Positions 28,904 through 37,146 of a stretch of DNA of 64,000 nt are shown in pieces (positions within the stretch are counted from its first letter, which is position 1; every line of letters starts with the position of its first letter). A model generated the notes under the pieces. That model ran no database searches, was not told the origin of the DNA, and saw only the letters and a list, made by a program, of their open reading frames with translations. Made by a program: the position numbers and the translations under genes. This DNA comes from Candidatus Latescibacterota bacterium (lineage in GTDB: Bacteria; Latescibacterota; UBA2968; UBA8231): assembly GCA_965205655.1 (NCBI GenBank), contig CBDBIJ010000022.1:21758-85757 (forward strand), written 5' to 3'.

Positions 28904-29956
28904 ATGCCCGCCTCCGAGCTCACACCCACCCAATACCGAGCTCTCCGCGAGCAGATTCAGGGCATCATTTCCGAGGGAGGGATCCACACCCGCCAGGCCG
29001 GCGAGTGGGAGAAAGTGGAGACCTACTGGCACATCGGCGACGCCTTAATTTCCCACATCGACGGCCAGCCCCGCGCCGAGTACGGCCGGCAAATAGTCGT
29101 TAACCTAAGTAAAGACATACAGTTACCGAAGTCTCTCTTGTGGCACATCCTGCGCTTCAGGCGCGTCTTAACAATTCTCTCCACGTGGAGAGAATTGAGC
29201 TGGTCCCACATCAGAGAGATCATCTACCGGCCCAGCCGCGAGGAACGTCGGTTTTATCTGAGCGCCGCCAATCGGGATCGCTGGAACGTGGCTCAGTTGC
29301 AGAAAGCCATCCGCGACGACCTCTACGGTGGCACCGTCACTCGACCCTTCGCCGTCCAACCCGAGCAGGACGCTCCCGCCGGCCGCCCCCTTCGCGCCCG
29401 CTTCGGTGAATTCCATGTCTATAAGATTGTACCCAGCGGCAACCCCGCATCTCACGAACTGTATCTCGACCTCGGTTTCCACATGACTGAGCACATCGAT
29501 CCCATCGGACTCAAAGACCCGGCTCCCGATCTCCTCGTCACCTCGAAGAAACGTCGCGACGGCGCCTACGCTTTCAATCCGTGCCCGCCCCAAACCCACC
29601 GCCATACTTACATCGGCTGGCCTCACCGCATCATCGACGGCGATACCCTCATCGGTGTCGCCGACTGCGGCCTCGGCCACCACACCTGGCCCCTCCGCTG
29701 GCGCCTGCGCGGCATCGACACCCCCGAACTCGGCACCTTCGCCGGCCGCAACGCGAAAGACTTCGTCGTCGACGTCCTGTCGCAGGTCTCATTCGTCGTC
29801 ATCTCGACCTTTAAGACAGACAACTACGGGAGATTTCTCGTTGATCTGAAGTACCTGCCGGGCGAGAGTGACCCAGTTGTCGTGCGCGATAATGGTACCT
29901 ACCTGAATCGGCAGCTGCTTATCCAACGCCTTGCGACTCGATGGCAGCCCGAGTAA
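28904..29956 (+). CDS. Fusion protein: DUF1016 N-terminal (YhcG-type) domain plus staphylococcal-nuclease (SNase/thermonuclease) domain
   Basis: N-terminal part: YRALREQIQGIISEGGIHTRQAGEWEKVETYWHIGDALISHI...RAEYGRQIVVNLSKDI...WSHIREII...EERRFYLSAANRDRWNVAQLQKAI (DUF1016_N pattern). C-terminal part: RIIDGDTL...WRLRGIDTPE...NYGRFLVDL...LNRQLLIQRLA (SNase pattern). The upstream 138 codons of track ORF 28490.. are antisense to the racemase gene and are rejected. Confidence 0.65.
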   Translation: MPASELTPTQYRALREQIQGIISEGGIHTRQAGEWEKVETYWHIGDALISHIDGQPRAEYGRQIVVNLSKDIQLPKSLLWHILRFRRVLTILSTWRELSWSHIREIIYRPSREERRFYLSAANRDRWNVAQLQKAIRDDLYGGTVTRPFAVQPEQDAPAGRPLRARFGEFHVYKIVPSGNPASHELYLDLGFHMTEHIDPIGLKDPAPDLLVTSKKRRDGAYAFNPCPPQTHRHTYIGWPHRIIDGDTLIGVADCGLGHHTWPLRWRLRGIDTPELGTFAGRNAKDFVVDVLSQVSFVVISTFKTDNYGRFLVDLKYLPGESDPVVVRDNGTYLNRQLLIQRLATRWQPE

Positions 29957-30107
29957 GGACCGGCCCTCTACTCTACTTCAAAGATCCGGATGGGCCTCCT
30001 CTGGGAGGTGGCACACAATCCGATTTTTGGGTGGGCCCCGCTCATTGAACTGCGACCAGGACAGCGCCACGGGGAGCATGGCCCGGCTGCGCTGCCAGAG
30101 TGCGAAT

Positions 30108-30202
30108 CTGCCTCGACACCGCTCTAACCTTTGATATACACTATTGAGATCACTCCTGATTCCACTGCTCGTCTAATTGGATACGCTTACGAACTTCGCC
30201 TA
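30108..30202. repeat. Direct-repeat copy A (~95 bp), a paralog of the 5' region of the GGCT-DUF1810 gene
   Basis: ctgcctcgacaccgctctaacctttgatatacactattgagatcactcctgattcc...ttggatacgcttacgaacttcgccta aligns with 37042-37146. It contains TTG-D-T-L-T-N-F-A-stop, against TTG-D-T-F-T-N-F-A-Y-G-S.. in copy B. Confidence 0.8.
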
Positions 30203-30349
30203 GGCGGTGGTTCAATCGTGAAGGCCATATTCTCATTTCCGGATGGTCGTCGTTTTCACTTTAACGACCCGAATGGCAATGAGTACGCAGTCTCGTCCGA
30301 TATAGATGTATGATGACCGCCGAAGGAGATGTATTGCAGGTCCGCCGGA

Positions 30350-30976
30350 CTAGCGGTCGTCCGTCGGTGAGGTCTGTGCGGTCCCTTGCTCCGGGAGCCC
30401 AACCAGAACCATTGCGGAGTCTACCATCTCGTCCGCATCGACGGTATCGCGCAGCACTTTGGAGGTGCCGAGCAGGCCGGCGCTGAGAACGAAGAGCGAC
30501 TTCGCGAGTTGGTCTGCAGTGAGGTCGCTGCGGATCTGACCGGTTCGTTGGCCTTGCTCGATGGTCTCGATCAGCAGACTGGACGCGCGGGCGTGATGGC
30601 GCCTGAGCAGGGCGGAGACCTTTGCGTCGTGGGCACCGAGCTCGACGACGGCGTTCATCGCCATGCAGCCCCGCTGAACCGGCTGATCGCAGCACAACGC
30701 CGCGGCGCCTTGCAGCCAGGCGCGCAGACCATCGACCGGGGATGTTGCCTCGGACAGAATGCCGTGCATCCTCTGATAGGCGCGGTCGAGGTAGCGAGTC
30801 AGCGATTTCATGAACAGATCGTGCTTGTCCTCGAAAGCTTTGTAGATGCTGCCCTTGTGCAGCCCGGTGGCCTCCATGAGGTCGGTCATGGAGGTCGACT
30901 CGTAGCCCTTCGTCCAGAACGTGCCCATAGCGGCGTCCAGGGCTTCATCCATGTCGAATTCGCGTGGTCTTGCCAT
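30350..30976 (-). CDS. TetR/AcrR family transcriptional regulator
   Basis: MARPREFDMDEALDAAMGTFWTKGYESTSMTDLMEATGLHKGSIYKAFEDKHDLF is a TetR HTH. AGAGGAG RBS upstream of ATG 30976. Confidence 0.88.
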   Translation of the reverse strand: MARPREFDMDEALDAAMGTFWTKGYESTSMTDLMEATGLHKGSIYKAFEDKHDLFMKSLTRYLDRAYQRMHGILSEATSPVDGLRAWLQGAAALCCDQPVQRGCMAMNAVVELGAHDAKVSALLRRHHARASSLLIETIEQGQRTGQIRSDLTADQLAKSLFVLSAGLLGTSKVLRDTVDADEMVDSAMVLVGLPEQGTAQTSPTDDR

Positions 30977-31282
30977 GAGAACTCCTCTTACAATGTACTC
31001 ATTCGGGCGCTCAAAAGAACTGGACGTACTCCACCTGCAGATAGTCATCACGCCTCACCGCAGACAGCGGATCGCCCGCGTCGACGTTGCTGAAGAAGCG
31101 CGCTTCGAGGCGGACCTCGCCGGAGCTCCGCCAGCGGCGGTTCGCCTCCAAAGAAGCAAAGCGCGACCCATTGTCGAGGTCGATCGCAGTGAATGCGAGC
31201 ACATCCGTGTCCTGCGCATCGTTGAAGGTGAGGCGTCCGCCCACAGCGATGTCGTTGTCGGAAGCGCTTTGTCCCGATCTTA

Positions 31283-32674
31283 GTTGAAACAGCACAGGCT
31301 CCAATCGTTACGTTTTGATACGAGAAGCCCGTTGGAAGAAGTCTCGCATCGGTAACAAAAGGAGCCTGCAATGAGCAAGCTGGTAGCACGGAAGAAGGGC
31401 GTCAAACGAACGGTGAGCATCGGCAAGGTAGCACCCGAGACTGCAGAGCAAGTAGAGGACCTGGATGGCCGGATCGAGGCGATCCAATGGCTGATTCCCT
31501 TGGGGCTGCAGGCGGTCGCGGAGGAGCTGCAAAGAGCGGTCGTTGAGTTGGCTGGGTCGCGGTATCAGCGCAAGGGGTCGGATCAGCCGTTACGCCGCTG
31601 GGGGTCTCAGCTCGGGTCGGTGTACCTGGCCGACCAGAAACTACCCGTCGATGTGCCGCGGGTGCGCAACGTGGCCAACCATACCGAGGTCCCGCTGGAT
31701 GTTTACCAGGCACTGCAGACGCCTCGACAGATGGACGAAGGTCTGCTGTTGCGGATGCTGAAGGGCATCGCCACGCGCAACTACGAGGCCTGCGCTGAGG
31801 CCGTACCCGAGGCCTTTGGTCTGTCATCCTCATCGGTGTCCTGTCGTTACGTGAAAGGCACGGCTCGAAAGCTGGCTGAATTCCAGGAGCGATCCCTGGA
31901 AGGATATGATCTGGTGGCGCTATTCCTCGACGGCAAGAGCTTCGCGGACGAGGAGATCATCATCGCCCTGGGCGTCACCCTCGACGGACAGAAGATTCCT
32001 CTTGGCTTCGTGCAGGCGGCCACGGAAAACGAGCGCGTCTGCCGTCGCTTCCTGTCCGATCTGGTCGAACGCGGTATGCAGTACGAAGCCGGACTGTTGG
32101 TCGTCATCGACGGCGCCAAGGGGCTTTACAAGGCGGTGATGTCGGTGCTCAAAGGACATGCCTGCGTGCAGCGCTGCCAGTATCACAAGCGCCAGAACGT
32201 CGTGTCGTATCTGTCCAAAAGCGAGCAGTCCGGTATGGGTCGCAAGATGGAGGCGGCCTACGGCAAACCGAGATACGAGGCGGCCAAGGCGGCACTGGAC
32301 GCGCTCAAACCGGGCTTGAAGTTGATGAATCAGTCCGCCCTACACAGCCTCGAGGAAGGCATGGAAGAGACCCTCACACTCCATCGGTTGGGACTGACGC
32401 CGATGCTCAAGGATTCCTTCCGCACCACCAACTGCATCGAGAACGTCAACAGTCTCCTGGAGCAGCTCACACACAACGTGCGACGCTGGACCAACTCATC
32501 ACAGCGTCACCGTTGGGTAGCCACGGCACTGCTCGACATCGAACCACGTCTGCGCAGGGTCAAGGGCTATCGCCATCTGCCGATGCTCCGGCAAGCCATA
32601 CAAGCCGAACTCGGCATCAAACAGCTCGCGGTGATGGGCTGACACACTCACCCGAGCCTGTGATTTGTTTCAAC
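31283..32674 (+). mobile_element. IS256-family (Mutator-type) insertion sequence, apparently intact, with no recognisable target duplication
   Basis: Terminal inverted repeats GTTGAAACAGCACAGGCTC (31283->) versus rc GTTGAAACAAATCACAGGCTC (<-32674). 1392 bp. The flanking 8-9 nt (ccgatctta / tgaaactgg) are unrelated. Confidence 0.8.
31371..32642 (+). CDS. IS256-family (Mutator) transposase, 423 aa
   Basis: Typical pattern: ..LFLDGKSF..EIIIALGVTLDGQKIPLGF...ERVCRRFLSDLVERGM...VVIDGAKGL..A......VQRCQYHKRQNV... AAGGAG RBS. Confidence 0.88.
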   Translation: MSKLVARKKGVKRTVSIGKVAPETAEQVEDLDGRIEAIQWLIPLGLQAVAEELQRAVVELAGSRYQRKGSDQPLRRWGSQLGSVYLADQKLPVDVPRVRNVANHTEVPLDVYQALQTPRQMDEGLLLRMLKGIATRNYEACAEAVPEAFGLSSSSVSCRYVKGTARKLAEFQERSLEGYDLVALFLDGKSFADEEIIIALGVTLDGQKIPLGFVQAATENERVCRRFLSDLVERGMQYEAGLLVVIDGAKGLYKAVMSVLKGHACVQRCQYHKRQNVVSYLSKSEQSGMGRKMEAAYGKPRYEAAKAALDALKPGLKLMNQSALHSLEEGMEETLTLHRLGLTPMLKDSFRTTNCIENVNSLLEQLTHNVRRWTNSSQRHRWVATALLDIEPRLRRVKGYRHLPMLRQAIQAELGIKQLAVMG

Positions 32675-33655
32675 TGAAACTGGGCCTTGACCGTCGGAAG
32701 CGGGTGTCATCGGGGCGTCGCGGTCGTCGTACTGAACCTCGGCGACGATACCCAGATCTGCGGCCGTGGAAAGAATGCCGACGAGGGTGTACTCGGCGCC
32801 GGCGACAGCAGCGCTGGAGCGTCCGTCGATGCCATCGCGATGCACAGCTTCCAGCTTGGCGAGCCAGTCGCCGCGGGTCAGCTGCAGATCCAGACTCGTC
32901 TGGTGTAGCAGATCGTAGTGCGGGATCAGCCTCGGTTCCGCGGCACCGTCGTTGGCTGCCAGGCGCGGTTCCCGCGACGTGCCGTAGAAGTGACCGATGC
33001 CGATGTCGTAGTCGCCGATGATATGACTCCAGCGCGCGGCTGCGTCCGGGTGCCAGCGCTCGAGGTCGGACCCGTACCGGGAGCCGGCGATGGGAACTGG
33101 AGGACGCAGACGACCGTCGCGGCCTGCGAACGTGCGTTCGCGAAACCCTGACATGACGAAGAGATCGAGTGTGCCCCAATCGCGCAGCAGAGTCAGCTGC
33201 AGCATGGGCTGGCCGAGCTTGTCCTCCGTATCGGAGTTTTCCACGAGGTCGGTCTGGTTCACGACATCGACGAGATGGACGGATTCGGCAACCCCCCAGA
33301 AAACCTTGCGCACGCCGACATAGAGATCGGCGCTGTCGAAGGAGCGGCGCCAGTAGAGCTCGCGCAGGTCGACGTGGGTGCGGTCCTCGTCCTCTAGGTC
33401 CCAGCGCCCAAAGGGGACGACGACAAACGTTCGGCCCCGTCAGCCCAATCGTGGTAAAACTCGGGCTCGACAGCGACGGAAAGTCCGGCGTCCTGCTGGG
33501 GCACGTCGAGGGCGTCGTTGGGAAAGAGCCGGCTTTCGAAGGCGACCTCTCCAAAGAGTTCGGCCGCAGGCGCCGCTCGACTGGCGATGATCACGACGAC
33601 GAAGACGAGTGCTACGAAAGATGTGCGCACCGACATGTCACCCTGCCCTCGCCCG

Positions 33656-34526
33656 TCAACGCGCGCGGGCCAGGCTGTTGCGGTTGAAGTCCTTGTCGTC
33701 AAAGCCATTGGCGAAAACGAACTCCTCCCAGTTGAGATCCGTCTCCTTGCCGGTCTTGTGATTCACCATCATCCAGCGGCTGGCACGCCAGTACTGATCC
33801 AGGTACTGGTTGTAGTCGGCGACGGTGAGCGTCTTCATCAGCGACCCGCGCCGATCGTAGAACTCGACCTTCCAAACGCGGTATTCATTGGTATCGAGCC
33901 AGGCCACCTGGCGGGAGTATCCGGACTTCGGGTCCACCGGGTCGCGCTCGACGACAAAGTGGTTGCGGTCTTCGAAGGCCTCTTCGCCGATGTAGCGGTA
34001 GGTGTACTTCTCTACCTCCTGCGAAGAGATATCCTCGTAGGCGAACTCGCTGCCCATGAAGGGGCCGGACTTGTTGTTGGAGGCGATGCGCTTCACCCGC
34101 TTGAGCGCCGGCAGATAGAGCCACTGGTCGTCGGACCCTGTCTTGTGGGTGAAGGAGAGAAAGGCCGTGCCCTTCACGTCGCCGGGATTCTCGAAAATAA
34201 ATGAGGGACCTGTCGCCGTCGTCGGCCTGCTCGAGGGTGCGCACCCGCATGCGGCGTTCGGAGGTCTCCCCGTGCTTGTTGCGCAGGATCATGGTAATGC
34301 TCGCCTTGAGGTCGCCGAAGCCGGTGTCGCGACGATCGGCTTCCACAGCGATCTCGAGACCGCGGGCAGCGGCCTCTTCCGCCCCTTCCTGAGCGGTGAG
34401 CGCGACAGGATCGAGTGCGGCAGTCACGATCAAGGCGAGGCCGGAAGCGCGCAGGACTCCCGCCGAAGCGAGGAGTGCGGGAATTCGAGCGCAATTCATG
34501 CGAACTAGGTCATACAGGTTCATCAT
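33656..34526 (-). pseudogene. LolA-like 'outer membrane lipoprotein-sorting protein', frameshifted
   Basis: N-terminal half (frame of ORF 33885..34661 from MMNLYDLV.., AAGGAG RBS) reads ...DGDRSLIYF. The C-terminal half is ORF 33656..34177 with its upstream extension ENPGDVKGTAFLSFTHKTGSDDQWLYLPALKRVKRI... The switch is at the A4 run 34194-34197 (A3 restores ..SLIYFENPGDVKG..). Confidence 0.7.
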
Positions 34527-34545
34527 GCTCTCCTTGGTTTTTTGA

Positions 34546-36909
34546 TTAACTGGCCGGGGCGACATCGGGCGCTCCGGCGAGTGGTGACGCTTCCCTTCCG
34601 GTTGACTTCTTGCTATCGAGTTTGATGAGCAGCGCCGGCAGCAGCAGAAAGTCGGCGACAAGCGCCATGCCTATGGCGATGGCAGTGAGCAGAGCCATGA
34701 GGGAGTTCAGGGCGAAGTCGGACCTCGCGAGCACACTGAAGCCGGCAATGAGGATCAGGGAGGTGACGACGATCGCCTAACCCACATTGTGAAATGCGTA
34801 GCGTACGGCATCGGGCGCGTCCAGGTTCTGCTCTCTGCGGGCGCGCTTGTACTTCGTGAGGAAGTGGATCGTGTCGTCGACGACGATTCCGAGAGTCATG
34901 CCGCTCACCATGGATACGGCCATGTTGACTTCGCCTACGAATAGACCCCAGGCACCGAAGGCGAGGCCGGCGGGTAGCAGATTCGGCACCAGCGAAATGC
35001 CCCCGAGCTTGGAGCTCTTGAGCACACCTACGAGGATTGCCGAGATCAACACGACAGCGAGGAAGGTGCCCACGAGCATCGAGCGGATGTTGCGATCTGA
35101 AATGTAGGCGAACATGATCGCCGGACCGATGCCGGCAGTGGCAAGCTTCGGCGTGTTGTCGCGCAGCCAGCCTTCGCCGCGCTGGGCGATCTCGCGCAGG
35201 CGGCGGGAGTCGAGGTTGTCGAGGGTGGCGACGATCTGGGTGCTCGACTTGTCGATGTTGAGCTGGTTGTTGAGGTCGAGTCCGTAGGGTAGGGAGAGCT
35301 CGTAAAGCAGCAGGTACTGGGCGGCGAGCTCGCGATCCTCCGGCAGCCGGTAGTAGTCGTTGTCGTCAGCGTGGAGATTTCTGTTCAGGCGCTTGAAGGT
35401 ATCGGTGATGGTGTTGACGTGGCGAACCTCCGGCTGGGCCCGCAGCCAGTCGACGAAGCCGCCGACCTGCGCTAGGAAGGCGGGATCGCTGACCCCGTTG
35501 CTGGAACCGGAATCCAGGGAGAATTGCAACTGATAGGATCCGGTGAGACGATCTGTGGTGACGGTCACGTCGGAGCGAAAAGTCGTGGTCTCGTCGAAGT
35601 AGGCGACGAAATCGTCGTTGAGATCGTTGGACGGGATAAAGGCGAGCAGCAGGATGGCAAACGCCGAAAAGCCGACGAGGATGGGGCGGTTGCGCTGCAC
35701 CACCCAGTCTCCGAGTCGGTCCATGGCCTTGCCGATCAGGGTCTGACCTTGCCGCGACTTCACCGGGAAAATGGCAATGAAGGCGGGCAGGAAGCCGACG
35801 GAATAGAAGAAGGCGACGATCATACCTACTGCGGTGATATTGCCGAGGTCACCGAATGGCGGCGAGTCGGAGAAGTTCAGCGACAGAAAGCCGATAGCCG
35901 TGGTCACACTGGTGAGGAACACCGGCGACATGTTGAGGCGCAGACTTTCGACCAGGGCATCGCGACGGCCTACGCCTCTGCGCATGGCGCTGAGCAAACT
36001 CACGAGAATGTGGATGGAGTCGGCCACGGCGATGGTCATGATGATCGTGGGCGCTGCCGAGGACGGCGGTGTCAGCTCGATGCCTACCCAGCCGGCCAGC
36101 CCCATGGCGGTCATCAAGGAAAGAAGGATAACGAGCACCGTGCCGATGGTGGCGGTGATCGAGCGCAACAGGAGAAAGGCGACGATGACGATGATGAGGT
36201 ACATAGCCGGCACCATCGTCTCCATGTCCTTCAAGCTCATCTCCTGAAAGGCGTTGTTGAGCATGACCATACCGGTGAGGTGGACGTCCACGCCGTAGTC
36301 CGCCTCGAGTCGGGCGGCGAGCTCGCGGGCGGCGGCCACGGCCTGGGGCGTCTCGTCCATCGTCTTTTGCGGCATCTGAAAAGTGACGTTGACGCCGGTC
36401 GTGTGCCCCTCGTGGGCGACGAGAAAGTCACGCAGAGCCGGCTCCTTCGTGGCGATCTCGGCGACTTCGCCGAGCCTTTCCGGGGTGAAATCGAGACCCC
36501 CTTCCACAAGATCGGCGACGATAAGGTCGTCCTCGGTGGCGGTGGTGTGCTGGTGGTTGGTGATGGAGTCGACGCGCAGGACGTAGGGCAGCTGCCAGGC
36601 TTCGATCGTAAAAAACTCGACGGCGTCGAGGACCTGGGGAGTGAAGACGGCATCATCCCGGGGAGCGATGGCGAAGAGGATGTTGTCGATCTTCGTGTAG
36701 GTGCGTTGGAGCTTCTCGAAGGCGAGCAACTCGGGGTTGTCATCGGAGAAGAAGACGCGGTAGTCGTTGTTGAAGGCGAGACGGGCTCCGCCGGAGCCGG
36801 CGATGGCGGCGAAGGCGAGGGATCCGACCAGGACGAGCCAGCGCCAGCGGATGACCCATTCGGCGAAGGCGCCGGCGGAGCCGTTGCCGTTTTTGGGGGA
36901 GGTGGACAT
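34546..36909 (-). pseudogene. MMPL/RND-superfamily exporter with an in-frame TAG
   Basis: The 710-aa ORF 34777..36909 has the 12-TM MMPL/RND pattern. It continues in the same frame after TAG (34779-34777): ..RYAFHNVG*AIVVTSLILIAGFSVLARSDFALNSLMALLTAIAIGMALVADFLLLPALLIKL.. (ORF 34546..34734). These are the last TM helices of the family. Confidence 0.75.
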
Positions 36910-36936
36910 GAGGCGATTCTCCTTTTCTTGCGGTGG

Positions 36937-37030
36937 ATTAGGAACCGATCGGTCAACTAATGGGCAAAACGATACCCGGCCTTTTTAGCCGGGTGTCGAT
37001 GAATATAGGAATTAGGAACCGATCGGTCAA
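36937..37030 (-). promoter_or_regulatory. Promoter/operator region of the MMPL operon: near-consensus sigma70-type promoter, two identical 20-bp operator-like repeats, and a leader hairpin
   Basis: On the minus strand: TTGACC (37030-37025), 17 nt, TATATT (37007-37002). ATTAGGAACCGATCGGTCAA occurs twice (36937-36956 and 37011-37030), each with the palindrome ACCGATCGGT. The distal copy covers the -35 and spacer; the proximal copy lies between the predicted start site and the AAGGAG RBS. Hairpin ACCCGGC-n7-GCCGGGT at 36974-36994. Confidence 0.55.
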
Positions 37031-37041
37031 GAACCGCGCCT

Positions 37042-37146
37042 CCGCCTCGACACCACTCTAATCCTTGATATACACTATCGATACACTCTACCGAGATCAC
37101 CCCTGATTCCAGGGCCCGAGTTGGATACGTTCACGAACTTCGCCTA
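37042..37146. repeat. Direct-repeat copy B (~105 bp): upstream region plus first 8-9 codons of the GGCT-DUF1810 gene
   Basis: Aligns with 30108-30202 at roughly 85% identity by eye. It has a 12-13-bp extra segment (cgatacactctac) relative to copy A. Confidence 0.8.

Larger units (their letters stand above)
31011..33636 (-). pseudogene. Outer-membrane beta-barrel protein (unassigned family), interrupted by IS256 and frameshifted
   Basis: Signal peptide MSVRTSFVALVFVVVIIASRAAPAAELFG... A frame change at the C4 run 33435-33438 (C5 would give ..WADGGRTFVVVPFGRWD..). The body is ORF 32648..33313 plus its upstream extension, and ends at the IS boundary. The C-terminal piece 31282->31011 ends ...DDYLQVEYVQFF, a typical OMP C-terminal aromatic residue. 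Confidence 0.65.

Noticed and set aside
30131-30313. 60-aa ORF treated as a real gene
   Set aside because: Its first ~25 codons are an out-of-frame reading of repeat copy A, the duplicated 5' region of the GGCT-DUF1810 gene. There is no RBS and no recognisable fold pattern, so it is most likely a by-product of the rearrangement.
35524-36960. 478-aa plus-strand ORF
   Set aside because: It is antisense to the MMPL exporter. Its Gly/Asp/His/Arg-rich composition shows no domain pattern.
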